A DNA stretch of 64,000 nt from an uncultured Spirochaetales bacterium (GCA_964471825.1 CAYYKD010000008.1:5867-69866), one strand, 5' to 3'. Counted from the first letter of the stretch, positions 47,915 to 59,431 are shown. A program made the numbers and translations. The notes: generated by a model from the sequence alone, not told the origin.

Positions 47915-49384
47915 CTAGTTAGAACTTCTATCAAGATAGAGTGCATTAAAAATTTTATAGATTATCTTTATATCTGAGAATGGTGTTAGAAGTATATAGT
48001 CTGTTCCAAGTTTTCTGTAGTTCTGAGCTTCAGTAATATTTATCTTTTTTGCAATAATTACTACAGATATAGTTCTCTTATCAGCTCTCTTTCTTATCTC
48101 ATGTAACATTTGATATGAACCTGGATTCTGCATATCGTGCTCAATAAATACCAACAGGTATTTTTTCATTCCCAGAGTTGTAAGAAGTTTAGCTCCTGTG
48201 TCAATTACATCAATGTTAATATATAGATCAAGAGATGATCGAACACTCTCGATATTATGTTGGTTTGTTGAAACAATCAGAACATTTTGACCATCAAGTT
48301 TTTTTAAAAAAAGAACAAGTTTCTCGTTAACAATCTCTATATATTTATCACTGGAATTAACCTCTTCAAATTCCATCATTAGGGAGTCTTTTTTATTAAC
48401 CAATCCATCCATCATCACTTCACTTGCACCCGAACTAAGAATATCAGAGTCATCCTCCTTCTCAGAAAAATAGGTTAGTTTTTTTAGGCCGCTATTCAAG
48501 AGGTATTCTTTAATCTCATGGCTAATTATAGAAAGAGCGGGAATTCTTAGATCGCCTTCTTCATCATATAGATCAAAAATACATTTTGTTCCAACCTTTA
48601 GAAGATCAAGAGGAATATCCTTTTTTTTATTAAATGATATATTTAGCCCCTGGATACCATCATAGTAATTATTAACAATTTCATAATCACTATATTCTAT
48701 ATTTTCACGAAGCATATTAATTATATTTTTATTACTTGTGAGGACTTTTATATTTTGAGGTTTAATTTTGAATTCTTCAAGTTTAGTAAAACTAAAAAGA
48801 AATTCAAAGTTTTCCTTAGTAATGCTTTCAGGGTAGATAGATGGAAAAATAAATAAAACCTTTGGTTCCTTAACTTTTTTTTCATGAAAAAATGATCTTA
48901 ATTTAAATGTCATGATTTCAAGTTTATCCGGATGGAAATTCCCCTCAATTTGAATTACGAGAATATTTCCCTTAGAATGCATATCAAACAACATTGTAGT
49001 CTGCTTTGAAGGGCCATCAGGTATCCGTTTAAAATGACGGTTAAGTCTTTCTACAAGTGCCTCAATATTAAGCGGCATAGAAAGAAATGCCTTTACATTG
49101 TGTTCCTTTAGCTTTAGAATCTCCTGTGATGAAAAGTCGCCTATAAGAAAAACAGGAATCCCCTTGATAGCCGGTGTTACTTTTTTCTTTATCAGTAATC
49201 CACCGAGATCAACGCCCTGGAGTGTTTTATTAATTACAAATAAACCGGGAAAACCTTTTACACCTTTCTCAAATGCCTCACCGCCATCTGAGGCCTTAAT
49301 TACTTCAAATCCTTTTTTTCCTAAGAAGCCTGACACAAAATCAAGAAAAAATTTATCTGGATGAACAAATAGGACCCTAGCCAT
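47915..49384 (-). CDS. Protein with two degenerate receiver-like (REC) domains and a central unknown region
   Basis: N- and C-terminal CheY-like folds. The C-terminal one retains D in EHDMQNP; the acidic pocket residues are substituted. Confidence 0.45.
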   Translation of the reverse strand: MARVLFVHPDKFFLDFVSGFLGKKGFEVIKASDGGEAFEKGVKGFPGLFVINKTLQGVDLGGLLIKKKVTPAIKGIPVFLIGDFSSQEILKLKEHNVKAFLSMPLNIEALVERLNRHFKRIPDGPSKQTTMLFDMHSKGNILVIQIEGNFHPDKLEIMTFKLRSFFHEKKVKEPKVLFIFPSIYPESITKENFEFLFSFTKLEEFKIKPQNIKVLTSNKNIINMLRENIEYSDYEIVNNYYDGIQGLNISFNKKKDIPLDLLKVGTKCIFDLYDEEGDLRIPALSIISHEIKEYLLNSGLKKLTYFSEKEDDSDILSSGASEVMMDGLVNKKDSLMMEFEEVNSSDKYIEIVNEKLVLFLKKLDGQNVLIVSTNQHNIESVRSSLDLYINIDVIDTGAKLLTTLGMKKYLLVFIEHDMQNPGSYQMLHEIRKRADKRTISVVIIAKKINITEAQNYRKLGTDYILLTPFSDIKIIYKIFNALYLDRSSN

Positions 49385-49761
49385 TAAATATCCTTAGTAC
49401 TTTATTAATAATAGTAAATTTAATATTATAATTATTGTAATAAATCAAGATATTTTGTATATTTATTATACTATGATAACATAGTAACAGCAAACTAATA
49501 TTTAACCAATGTATAGTTTGGGTTTTGATAAATATTAACATAATCCTGGGCGCTTAGATAAATAAATTTATTATAGTTTATTATAGGGTACTTCTAAAAA
49601 CCTTATATTTTAAGGTTTTTACAAGCTCAAACCTATTCCTATACCTATATTGCATTCTAAATATAAAGAATTTAGAATGCAATATAATTATCTTAGGATA
49701 AATTTGTTGATTTTTTTAGCATTGTGATATAGAATATTAAAAGTAAAAATAGGAGTCGTTT

Positions 49762-50514
49762 ATGTATAGATTATCGTCAATGAAATTTTTATTAGGCTTA
49801 GTGGCATCTGTTGTGTTGTTTTCTTCCTGTACAACCCTTGACTACTCAAAGAAATACACTCATTCAACGCCTGCATCAGATATAACTAGTCTATTTGCAA
49901 CGAACAATGTCGGCTCAGTAACGATCAATCCCTCAACAGATGATCAGATTACAGTTAACTACACGGTATCTGTCCCAACAGAATCGGAAATTACAAAAGT
50001 TATAGTTGATTTTTCAAAAACAAACTCAAGATATGACATAACCGTTTCATCGGAGGATAAGTGGTTAAATTATAAGGTAGACATAGTTATATATCTCCCC
50101 GAAACAGTTGAGGCGGGTGTAAACAACAGCACCGGTGCGGTCTCAATAACCGGTATTAACAAAGTAACTTCAGTTGTAAATAGTACAGGAAGCATAAGCA
50201 TTTCTCAGGTTAAAGATGTTGGACCGATAACTAACTCAACCGGTACCATATCGATTCTATCTTCAGAAACAGTCTCAGATATAACTAACAGTACAGGTGA
50301 TATAGTTGTAGATATAGCCGGCCTTAAGGCTCCAACCTCCATCGAAAATAGTACCGGTGACATAACTATCAGACTTGCAGCCGATGCTTATAGCACTTTA
50401 TCCGAGTCAACAAGCACCGGATCTGTAAGTAACACTGCAAGTCCCGGTACAGGTACACACTCTTTAACTATAACAAATTCTACAGGTGATATAACCATTA
50501 CGCCTTTACTGTAG
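49762..50514 (+). CDS. Lipoprotein with repeated NSTG beta-strand units (DUF4097 / putative adhesin-like)
   Basis: Lipobox LFSSC. Reiterated (I/V)xNSTG(x)I(S/T)I motifs. Confidence 0.4.
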   Translation: MYRLSSMKFLLGLVASVVLFSSCTTLDYSKKYTHSTPASDITSLFATNNVGSVTINPSTDDQITVNYTVSVPTESEITKVIVDFSKTNSRYDITVSSEDKWLNYKVDIVIYLPETVEAGVNNSTGAVSITGINKVTSVVNSTGSISISQVKDVGPITNSTGTISILSSETVSDITNSTGDIVVDIAGLKAPTSIENSTGDITIRLAADAYSTLSESTSTGSVSNTASPGTGTHSLTITNSTGDITITPLL

Positions 50515-50623
50515 AATCTCTCATTCTAGAAAAGCAATTACTAAAAATATAATAATCTCTACAATTCAGATAGATTTATCAAATTGTATAGGTTATTTTC
50601 TTTTCCAAGAGGCTTTTTCACAT

Positions 50624-51340
50624 CTATACAGAGACTTTCTTCATTATATATTTTACGAGATACTCATAGGATTTTTCGTAAAAGTGTGTAAAGTTTACAG
50701 CCAATAATGTGTTTGAGATATTTACAATCTTTGCGTCAGAGTCAACCTGTTTATTGTGGACCTCAAATAGAAGATGCTCAAGCAGACTGCCCTTGGTGAG
50801 TTCTGTAGATTGATAGGCAGAATACAGCTCAAAAGCCATACCGCCAAGCGATATATCAATGATTTTGCCCGAAAGCCGTTTTTTATCTTTAAGTCTGAAG
50901 TTAACTCTAAGGAGTTCATCAACATCCGGAGTGATCCGCACATGTTTTCTGGCCGGAAAGTGATCTCTAAATTTTTCAAGAAGCAGGTTAATTTTATTTG
51001 CAACGACATCCTGACTCAGTGGTTTAATTAGAAATGAAATAACGCTATAAATTTGAAGCTTTTTTATAATGACGGGAGATGCATCGAGGCTTGTTGTTAA
51101 AATGAATAGGCCTGAGAGAGAGCTATCCTCTTTAATTGTTTTTAAAAGTTCAAAGCTCTTGTTATCAGAAAAATCAAGATCTAAAAAGAGAAATCTGGAT
51201 TTGCTGGTGTTAATTAAGTCATAGGCTAATTCCGGTGATTCTGCTACATTACAGACAATTCCGTAATTCAATAACACCTTCTGTAACATCGCAGTGTTAT
51301 TACTATTGCACATACATAGACACATATTAATGTTTTCCAT
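50624..51340 (-). CDS. Degenerate-REC + PilZ domain protein (putative c-di-GMP receptor)
   Basis: PilZ motifs RKHVRITP ... DISLGG. N-terminal CheY-like fold lacking the canonical acidic pocket. Confidence 0.55.
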   Translation of the reverse strand: MENINMCLCMCNSNNTAMLQKVLLNYGIVCNVAESPELAYDLINTSKSRFLFLDLDFSDNKSFELLKTIKEDSSLSGLFILTTSLDASPVIIKKLQIYSVISFLIKPLSQDVVANKINLLLEKFRDHFPARKHVRITPDVDELLRVNFRLKDKKRLSGKIIDISLGGMAFELYSAYQSTELTKGSLLEHLLFEVHNKQVDSDAKIVNISNTLLAVNFTHFYEKSYEYLVKYIMKKVSV

Positions 51341-51528
51341 AGAACCTCACAGGACTGAATTATTTCAACAATGTATTATAAATCTACAGAAAATGCAAAT
51401 CTAATTAACGATTTTTAGTTCTCTTTGATAAGTTGATAAATTAGTAATATTTATGATTTACAGTTTAATAATATCGAGAGTTGACGAAAATAATAAAATA
51501 ATCGTTAAAAATAATTTTGGAGATATAG

Positions 51529-52494
51529 ATGGCTAAAAAGCAAACAACAAGATCTACAACAAAATCTAAAAGGAAAAAAAATTCAAGCGGATTTCTTTTT
51601 TTCTTTCTTGTAATTCTAATTGCATTAGGTGGAGTGTTATACACTCTTAGGGATAAACTAAATATAAGTTTAAATAGTAATAATATAGAACAATCGAATA
51701 ATACATTAAATAATACTAAGGGGAGGTCAAATCTTCATAATTTTATAGATAGATTCAAATCAGGGGTTAGCAAAAGCTCAGCCGGTTCATCGTCAAGCTT
51801 ATCTTCAAAACCATCAGAAAAAACCACCAACAACACCTCATCAAAGTATAGTTCTTCATCAATGGTAATAAGATCATCAAAGTCTGTAGAATCTAAATCA
51901 TATTCATCACTATCGTCATCTGCTTCAACAAATATATCGTCGTTCTCTTCATCGAAATCTGCTTCTAAAAGTTCTGTTTCGTCATCTATATCATCATTAT
52001 CATCAATATCTTCTATATCCTCAATACAGTCATCTACTGCGGTAAATAAGACCGAAAAAACTAATGAGAAGACTTATTCCGGCAAGGTATATTTTGCAAA
52101 GATCAGTGATGATGAAAAGATATTTGTGCAATCAGTAAGTAGAAATATTAGATATATAGATTCACCATTGATAGAGACATTGGCAGTACTAATTTCGGGT
52201 CCGTTAAAATCAGAGCAGAACAAGGAAATTATTTCATGCATTCCACCAAAAACAAGATTGCTCTCTGCAAAAGTAAAATCAGGAGTTGCCTATTTGAACT
52301 TTTCTAAAGAATTTGAGTTTAATCCTTATGGACGAGAGGGTACATATAATCAACTAAAACAGATCGTATTTACTGCGACCCAGTTCCCTACTGTAAAGGC
52401 GGTAAAGATACTTATTGAGGGTAAAGAAAAGGTTTATATAGGTGGTGAGGGAATTATGATAAATAAACTGTTAACAAGAGATGATTTTTCTTGA
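51529..52494 (+). CDS. Membrane-anchored GerMN-domain protein with a Ser-rich low-complexity linker
   Basis: N-terminal TM and a long S-rich segment. C-terminal GerM/LpqB-like (GerMN) domain. Confidence 0.5.
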   Translation: MAKKQTTRSTTKSKRKKNSSGFLFFFLVILIALGGVLYTLRDKLNISLNSNNIEQSNNTLNNTKGRSNLHNFIDRFKSGVSKSSAGSSSSLSSKPSEKTTNNTSSKYSSSSMVIRSSKSVESKSYSSLSSSASTNISSFSSSKSASKSSVSSSISSLSSISSISSIQSSTAVNKTEKTNEKTYSGKVYFAKISDDEKIFVQSVSRNIRYIDSPLIETLAVLISGPLKSEQNKEIISCIPPKTRLLSAKVKSGVAYLNFSKEFEFNPYGREGTYNQLKQIVFTATQFPTVKAVKILIEGKEKVYIGGEGIMINKLLTRDDFS

Positions 52495-52533
52495 CATTAT
52501 CAGATAAATAATATATAAGTTTTTTTAAATTAT

Positions 52534-52607
52534 GGCGAAGTAGCTTAGCTGGTTATAGCGCTCGGCTCATAACCGAGAGGTCACTGGTTCGAGTCCAGTC
52601 TTCGCTA
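52534..52607 (+). tRNA. tRNA with CAT anticodon (elongator Met or lysidine-modified Ile2; not initiator-like)
   Basis: Cloverleaf: acceptor GGCGAAG/CTTCGCT (G1-U72), D arm GCT-AGCTGGTTAT-AGC, anticodon stem CTCGG/CCGAG with loop CTCATAA, T arm CTGG-TTCGAGT-CCAG. No encoded CCA. Confidence 0.85.
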
Positions 52608-52847
52608 ATATTTATCTACCGGGGGCTGTCTAAAAAGATGAATTCTCACACGGCACTCACATAGTATAATGGAGAAACCAAAATAATGGTAAATGTCTAC
52701 TTATTCTATATGAGTTCCGTGCGGAACTTTTTGGACACCCTTTTTTTTGTCATTTCATAAAATTTATGAAAAATGTTGTTTTTTTTATATTCCGGTATTA
52801 AATTGTACAAATTGAGAGTATGACTTTCATTTTCGGAGGATTTCTGT

Positions 52848-54767
52848 TTGAATATCTCAAAGGACTTAATACAGGAAATAAAATCCAGAAATGACATAGT
52901 AGAAATTGTAAGTGAAAAAGTCACCTCACTCAAAAGGACCGGAGGAAGCTGGACAGGTCTATGCCCATTTCATCAGGATAAGAAACCCTCATTTAGTGTC
53001 TCACCGGCTCATGGAATTTATAAATGCTTTGCATGTGGCGAGTCCGGTGATCTAATCAAGTTTGTTGAGAAAACAGAGGGACTTGAGTTTATTGACGCCG
53101 TTAAGTATCTTGCAAAGAGAGTTGGTATTGTAATTGAGGACTCTAAATTTAAAGGTGATGAAAATTCTGACTATAATAGAAGAGAGAAGTTGGCTGTATT
53201 TAATTCTAGAATTGTAAAATACTTCAAACATTATCTAACAGAAAGGCCGGAGGGTAAAATACCTTATTCATATTTATTAGATCGAGGACTAACTAGAGAG
53301 ACGATAGATAAATTTAATCTTGGGTTTTCTCCGCCGGACAGGGGTAAATTTTTTGATTTTCTCACAAAGAAAGGGTTTACTAAAGAATTCCTACTTACAA
53401 CGGGGCTTTTTTCTAATAACTATGAAAAAGTAAGAGCTATGTTCTTTAATAGAATTATTTTTCCGATATTTGACCATAGATCGGAATGTGTGGGGTTTGG
53501 AGGCAGGGCTCTAGAACCGGAACAGATGCCTAAGTATTTAAATACACCGGAAACGGTTCTATATAAAAAAAGTAGAATTCTTTATGGAATAGATCTCGCT
53601 AAGAAGTCGATTATTGATAATAAGCGTGTGTTTTTAGTAGAAGGTTATATGGATGTAATAGCCATGAACCAGAATGGGGTAACAAATACTGTTGCACCAT
53701 GCGGCACAGCAGTAACAAAAGAGCAGATTAGTATTTTGGCAAAATATGCTGATGAGATAGTTGTATTACTTGATAATGATGCTGCCGGGGTAAAAGGGGG
53801 TATTAAGGCTGTTAGAGAGTCGGTTAATACTGCCGTTAAGATATCTGTAATGCGACTCGAAGGTGCAAAAGACCCGGATGAGTTTTTTTTAAAGCACGGC
53901 ATTGATGAATTTAACAGGCTTGTTGAAAAGAGAGTTGAAGGTTTTGAGTTTATGCTTAATGAAAAAGGGACAGGGATTGATGTTACAGATGTAAGACTTC
54001 TATCTGAGACGATAAACTTTTTCTTTGACTTTATTAGAAATTGGGAAAATGAGATTATTCAGAATGGTCTTGTTATGAAGTTGGCTGATAGACTGAATGT
54101 TGATAAGAGGTCGCTTGCTGGAGATTTTTTGAGGTATAAAAAGAAAGCCTCATATTCATCTACCTATTCATCCTCCTATGAAGTCCCGGTAAAATCAACA
54201 GTAGGTGATAGAGATTTTATTCAAGACTCAAATAAAGATATAAATAAAGACTTAAATAAAGATGAAATTATTCCGAAACAGACCTATAATTTTGATAAAC
54301 AATTTAAAAGAGAGGCGGAATTAATAATTATTTTATCAAGACTCAGTTCTACAAAGGATGTTGTTTTGAGAGCATCTCTTAGGGACGAGTGTTTTGTTAA
54401 TGATGTAAATAGAGAACTCTATAATTATGTTATAAGTGAAAAATATTTACCGGAAAACAAAAATTTTATGGACTATATAGCCGATAATACCGTAAGAGAT
54501 TATTATGCTTCAGGAATATTTTCCGGTGAGCTTGATATTGAGGATGAGAATTTACTGCTGAATATATGCGTTGATAGGATTGCTGATTTAAAGAAAAAGC
54601 ACCTTGAAAGACAAAGCAAGGAGATAAGCAGTAAGATAAAACTTGGGATTTTTTACAAGGATAATGAACTTGTAAAGAGGATGCAGGAAGAAAAGTCAAT
54701 TGTAATTGGGGAAATTTTGAAACTTAATAAACTACAGGAGTTAAAAAATTCATGGAAAACTTATTAG
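52848..54767 (+). CDS. dnaG: DNA primase DnaG
   Basis: CHC2 zinc finger ([11 protein letters not shown]...CFACGESGD) and a TOPRIM domain. Confidence 0.9.
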   Translation: MNISKDLIQEIKSRNDIVEIVSEKVTSLKRTGGSWTGLCPFHQDKKPSFSVSPAHGIYKCFACGESGDLIKFVEKTEGLEFIDAVKYLAKRVGIVIEDSKFKGDENSDYNRREKLAVFNSRIVKYFKHYLTERPEGKIPYSYLLDRGLTRETIDKFNLGFSPPDRGKFFDFLTKKGFTKEFLLTTGLFSNNYEKVRAMFFNRIIFPIFDHRSECVGFGGRALEPEQMPKYLNTPETVLYKKSRILYGIDLAKKSIIDNKRVFLVEGYMDVIAMNQNGVTNTVAPCGTAVTKEQISILAKYADEIVVLLDNDAAGVKGGIKAVRESVNTAVKISVMRLEGAKDPDEFFLKHGIDEFNRLVEKRVEGFEFMLNEKGTGIDVTDVRLLSETINFFFDFIRNWENEIIQNGLVMKLADRLNVDKRSLAGDFLRYKKKASYSSTYSSSYEVPVKSTVGDRDFIQDSNKDINKDLNKDEIIPKQTYNFDKQFKREAELIIILSRLSSTKDVVLRASLRDECFVNDVNRELYNYVISEKYLPENKNFMDYIADNTVRDYYASGIFSGELDIEDENLLLNICVDRIADLKKKHLERQSKEISSKIKLGIFYKDNELVKRMQEEKSIVIGEILKLNKLQELKNSWKTY

Positions 54768-56539
54768 ATTATCCTGAAATTAAAAATTTATTGGAGACAG
54801 GCAAAAAAACAGGGCTTGTTACAATAGATGAGATGAATAAATACATCCCTTCAGAAATTATAAACAATGAAAGGATAGATGAGGTTTTTGTAATCCTCGA
54901 ACAGAATAATATTAAAATTCAGGAAGAGGATGTTGAGAATATTGAAGATGATTCGTTTCTGAAGAACAAACCGGAAGCCGAAGTTATATACAAACAGGCT
55001 AAGGATACATCTAAGAAGGTTGTACATACAGGTAATGCTTCAATAGATGATCCAATACGAATCTATCTAAGAGAGATTGGACGGGTTGATCTTCTGAATG
55101 CTGAACATGAGGTAGATCTTGCAAAGAAGATTGAGAAAGGCGAGAAAATGATCCATGAGTCAATAAAGAAACTTGGTATACCAATCATTGAGTTTAACAA
55201 TATACTTGAAAAGATCACTGTTGAACCAATCGATATGGATAAGAATATTGTGACTATCAGATCTGACTCTCGAGAGTATTCATCAGAGAAAAAAAGAATT
55301 AAAAGTAAGTATAAAGATATTCTACAAGACTATATGAAAAAGACATTGGCATTCAAAACATTGATAACAAAACACAAGGACTCAAGATCTGAAAAAGAAC
55401 GAGTATCAATTAGAAAGGAAATCGATAAGGTTAAAGATGAGGCATTTGCAATAATGTTTAGTCATGAAGTTGATAACCAGGATATAATAAGAATTGCTGA
55501 GGAAGTAGTAAAAGTAGTAGAAAGTGTTCGGGAAACTGAAGCAACTAATACAAGGATTCTAAAAAAATTGCATTTTAGTAATGCTGCACAACTAAAAGTA
55601 TTGAGCAAGGAAGTTGAAAGCGGAGAAAATGCAGCAGCGATTGAAAACTCACATAGCTTGAGTATAGACAAACTTAAAGAACTGATTAAAAAGTTTAAAA
55701 CTAACGATGTTACGCTTAAGCAGATTGAATTCAAGTATGATAACACACTTGAAGAGATTAAGGAATATGGAAATGATGTCTCTAAGGGACTTGCTATGGT
55801 TAAGTCAGCAAAAGATAAACTTGTAAAGGCAAATCTAAGACTTGTTGTATCAATAGCAAAGAAATATACAAACAGAGGACTTCATTTTTTTGACCTTGTT
55901 CAGGAAGGAAACATAGGACTAATTAAGGCTGTTGACAAATTTGAATATCGAAAGGGCTATAAATTTTCAACCTATGCAACATGGTGGATCAGACAGGCAA
56001 TAACAAGATCAATAAGCGATCAGGCAAGAACTATCCGTGTGCCTGTTCATATGATTGAGCAGATAAATAAGGTGCTTAGAGAAACCCGTCAGTTGCTACA
56101 GCGGCTTGGTCGAGAACCATCAGATGAGGAGATCGCTAAAGAGCTGGGTTGGTCGGTCGGTAAGGTTAAGGCTGTAAAGAATGTTGCAAGAGAACCTGTT
56201 AGTCTTGAGACTCCGATAGGAGAAGAAGATGATAGTGTTCTCGGTGAATTTATAGAGGATAAAGGGTTTGAAAACCCTGCAAGTTTTGCTGCCTTTAAAG
56301 ATTTGCAGGAGCAGTTATCCCTTGTTATTAGAACTCTCACAAAGAAAGAGCAGGATGTATTGAAAATGCGATATGGCCTTGACGATGGCTATTCTTTGAC
56401 ACTAGAGCAGGTTGGATATATTTTTAATGTAACTCGTGAGCGTATACGACAGATCGAGGCAAAGGCATTAAGAAAACTAAGACACCCTGTCAGACTAAGA
56501 AAACTTAAAGACCATCTCGATGATTTCCAAAGAGAATAG
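54752..56539 (+). CDS. rpoD: RNA polymerase sigma factor RpoD (sigma-70)
   Basis: Regions 1.2-4. The 2.4 motif [12 protein letters not shown] and region 4.2 are present. Overlaps the dnaG stop. Confidence 0.95.
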   Translation: MENLLDYPEIKNLLETGKKTGLVTIDEMNKYIPSEIINNERIDEVFVILEQNNIKIQEEDVENIEDDSFLKNKPEAEVIYKQAKDTSKKVVHTGNASIDDPIRIYLREIGRVDLLNAEHEVDLAKKIEKGEKMIHESIKKLGIPIIEFNNILEKITVEPIDMDKNIVTIRSDSREYSSEKKRIKSKYKDILQDYMKKTLAFKTLITKHKDSRSEKERVSIRKEIDKVKDEAFAIMFSHEVDNQDIIRIAEEVVKVVESVRETEATNTRILKKLHFSNAAQLKVLSKEVESGENAAAIENSHSLSIDKLKELIKKFKTNDVTLKQIEFKYDNTLEEIKEYGNDVSKGLAMVKSAKDKLVKANLRLVVSIAKKYTNRGLHFFDLVQEGNIGLIKAVDKFEYRKGYKFSTYATWWIRQAITRSISDQARTIRVPVHMIEQINKVLRETRQLLQRLGREPSDEEIAKELGWSVGKVKAVKNVAREPVSLETPIGEEDDSVLGEFIEDKGFENPASFAAFKDLQEQLSLVIRTLTKKEQDVLKMRYGLDDGYSLTLEQVGYIFNVTRERIRQIEAKALRKLRHPVRLRKLKDHLDDFQRE

Positions 56540-56552
56540 ACAGATTCGATAG

Positions 56553-58391
56553 ATGAAAGAATTAACTGACAGCCTTCCAAAACTGCCCGGTGTATATATT
56601 TTTAAGGATGCGTCCGGCAAAATAATATATATCGGGAAGGCAAAGATACTCTACAATCGTGTAAGGTCATATTTTCTAGATAACAGGGACATTAAAACTG
56701 CTGCTTTAGTCAAGAAGATAGCTGACCTAGAGTATTTTGTAACAAATTCAGAAGTTGAAGCATTAATTCTAGAAAATAATCTGATAAAAAAACACACCCC
56801 GCAGTATAATATAAGTTTGAAGGATTCTAAAACTTATCCCTATATTAAAATAACAAAGGAAACGATCCCGCTTGTAATAAAGTCGAGGGAAACTAAAAAC
56901 CATAGAGATGAATATTTTGGTCCATATTTAGATAGTGATTTTATAGTAGCTACACGGAAGATTTTTAAAAAAATACTAAAACTTAGATCATGCAGACAGG
57001 TACTTAAACCGCCATTTAATAAAACGCCATGTCTTAATTACCATATCAATCAATGCTCTGCTCCATGTGCAGGGAAGATAACACCTGAGGATTATTCTAA
57101 ATCTGTTGATTTGGCAAGAGAGTTTTTAAAGAATAATTATAATAAAATTTTGGACATTCTAACTGAGAGGATGAATAAATATTCATTGAATATGGAATAC
57201 GAGGCAGCAGCCAAAATTAGAGATCAGATTAAAATTATTGAGTCAGCTCAAGTATATCAGATTGCTGAAAATCAGCATGCCAAGGATACTGATTATATAG
57301 GAGTTATGAATGATTTTAATAGTGCGGTTGTCTCTGTAATTTCTCTTAGGTCCGGTAACTTGATTGATAAAAAAAGTTTTTATATTCAACGAGTATTGAA
57401 ATATGAAGAACTTTTGCCGGATTTTATTAAGACATTCTATATGGATAGGGATGATATACCCGGACGAATTGTAATTGAATATCAACCAACAATACCGGAG
57501 GATAGAACTAAAGGTGAAATAGAGTGTGATGAGATAGAATCAGAGTTAATAAATATAGAAACTGCGATTTATCAAAACAGGAATATGAAGGTAAAGATGG
57601 TTCAACCAAGTAGTTTAACCGATAGAAGACTTCTTAAACTCGCAAAAGAGAATAGTGAAATTATCTTCGAGGAGCAGAATTTTCGTTCAGATAAGATCCA
57701 TCTATTAAGGGATGTTAAAAAAACACTTGGATTAAATAAGTTGCCCGTAATAATTGAGGGATTCGATGTCGCAACACTTGATGGACAATCAAATGTCGGT
57801 GCAATGGTTAGATTCAAAAATGGAATTCCCGATAAAGAGGGATATAGAAAGTTCAATATTAAAGGAGATGGACATCCGGACGACTATAAGATGATGGAGG
57901 AGATGATAGCACGGCGTTATCAGCGACTTCTCAATGAAAAATCAGAACTACCGGATTTGATCTTAGTTGATGGCGGAAAGGGTCAGCTTGGGGTTGCAGT
58001 GAAAATGATGAAAGCACTTTCGCTTGATATAGAGATAATAGGGCTTGCAAAAAAGAATGAGATCATATATAGGGCCGGAAAAAAAACGCCGATTATTCTA
58101 GAGCAGAGATCTCCTGTCTTACGGCTAATTCAGAGAGTAAGAGATGAGTCGCATAGATTCAGCAATATTTCGCTAAAAAAACTTCTTAAAAACAAACAGT
58201 TGGTTTCTAAATTGGAAGAAATAGAGGGGATAGGAAAAATTAAGGCTAAAAAACTCTTGCATGAATTTGGATCGTTTAAAAAAATGAACGAAGAAAATAT
58301 ATCAACTCTAAAATCAAAACTAGAAAAATTAAAATGGTTGAGCAGTAAGGAAATTGAACGAATATGTCATTATTTTGGGAAATCAATATAA
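56553..58391 (+). CDS. uvrC: Excinuclease ABC subunit C UvrC
   Basis: N-terminal GIY-YIG (GVYIFKDASGKIIYIGKAK), UvrBC domain, C-terminal RNase H-like + HhH. Confidence 0.9.
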   Translation: MKELTDSLPKLPGVYIFKDASGKIIYIGKAKILYNRVRSYFLDNRDIKTAALVKKIADLEYFVTNSEVEALILENNLIKKHTPQYNISLKDSKTYPYIKITKETIPLVIKSRETKNHRDEYFGPYLDSDFIVATRKIFKKILKLRSCRQVLKPPFNKTPCLNYHINQCSAPCAGKITPEDYSKSVDLAREFLKNNYNKILDILTERMNKYSLNMEYEAAAKIRDQIKIIESAQVYQIAENQHAKDTDYIGVMNDFNSAVVSVISLRSGNLIDKKSFYIQRVLKYEELLPDFIKTFYMDRDDIPGRIVIEYQPTIPEDRTKGEIECDEIESELINIETAIYQNRNMKVKMVQPSSLTDRRLLKLAKENSEIIFEEQNFRSDKIHLLRDVKKTLGLNKLPVIIEGFDVATLDGQSNVGAMVRFKNGIPDKEGYRKFNIKGDGHPDDYKMMEEMIARRYQRLLNEKSELPDLILVDGGKGQLGVAVKMMKALSLDIEIIGLAKKNEIIYRAGKKTPIILEQRSPVLRLIQRVRDESHRFSNISLKKLLKNKQLVSKLEEIEGIGKIKAKKLLHEFGSFKKMNEENISTLKSKLEKLKWLSSKEIERICHYFGKSI

Positions 58392-58525
58392 AATTCACGG
58401 AATACGCTAATACTTAAAATATTTACAAAATAATTATAAAATTATAGAATTTTACTTGATTTTTATTTTTTATTACTTTATAATTTATAAATATAAAAAA
58501 ACTTTATTTACAAAAGGGAGCTGTT

Positions 58526-58990
58526 ATGTCTGATATTTATATGGAACTACATGAAGCTATTGCTGAGAACTCTTTAAACAAGTGTTTAAGTGATTATTTT
58601 ACAAAGAGACGGATTGACAGAACTAAAATTTCTTCAGAAAAAAAGAAAGAATCTTTTGAAGAAGAATTTGGTATGATACACCATGCAACAACAAGTACCT
58701 ATACTTATAATAATATTTTTGAAAACATTGCAGATGTTAAGAAAGATATTAAGAGTTTAAATGATGTTAGCTATGGAAATGTGATAGCATTTTTAAAAGA
58801 TAGCTTTCAAGATGAGGGTATGTATAAATCAAACTATGTTGCATATAGATCATCCGGCAAATCTGTTAAAGAATCTTATGAAGATGCATTGAAGAATTTT
58901 ACTTCTCTTGTTGCTAACCTTAATGATGGAATTATGAATGGAAATTTTGCAGCATTGAGTACTTTTATTGAGAAATTCAGATTTAAATAG
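58526..58990 (+). CDS. Hypothetical protein
   Basis: 154-aa ORF with an AT-rich promoter-like upstream region. No motifs recognised. Confidence 0.35.
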   Translation: MSDIYMELHEAIAENSLNKCLSDYFTKRRIDRTKISSEKKKESFEEEFGMIHHATTSTYTYNNIFENIADVKKDIKSLNDVSYGNVIAFLKDSFQDEGMYKSNYVAYRSSGKSVKESYEDALKNFTSLVANLNDGIMNGNFAALSTFIEKFRFK

Positions 58991-59188
58991 TTATACGACA
59001 TAAACTAAACATTAACTAAAATGTAGATGATGGTGACCTAAAGGATATTATCAAGAGTATATCAATATAACATTTTAGAAACCTATTTGCGGATATAGGA
59101 TATGGATTTAAGATGCCAGAATATTGTATTGTTTTCGATAACTATGTGAGTAGTGCCGTTCGAAGGAGCGGCATTATTATTTATAGAA

Positions 59189-59431
59189 TTACCCTATAAA
59201 TTGAATTACTATCTGAAACTCATCTTGAAGGATTATAAAGTTTTCGATAACAATGTTAAATTTTATTATTGCTTCTTCCATAATTTCCATAAACAGGGAT
59301 TGCGTTTCCTCTGAGCAGAGTTGTTTTGCTGTTTCCGGTACAAGGCTTGATTTTACAAAATATGTTCCACCTTCTATTTTTTCGCGGTTTTTTCTCATGG
59401 TCTCTCCTCGTTTTATTTTGAAGTTTGTCAC
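59189..59431 (-). CDS. Small hypothetical protein; weak resemblance to the N-terminal half of IS200-like (Y1 HuH) transposases, with the HuH histidines replaced
   Basis: GGTYFV... and ...KFNIVIENFIILQDEFQIVIQ loosely parallel YHIVF ... ILE..MPDHVHLL of IS200 TnpA. 80 aa, truncated. Confidence 0.2.
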   Translation of the reverse strand: MTNFKIKRGETMRKNREKIEGGTYFVKSSLVPETAKQLCSEETQSLFMEIMEEAIIKFNIVIENFIILQDEFQIVIQFIG

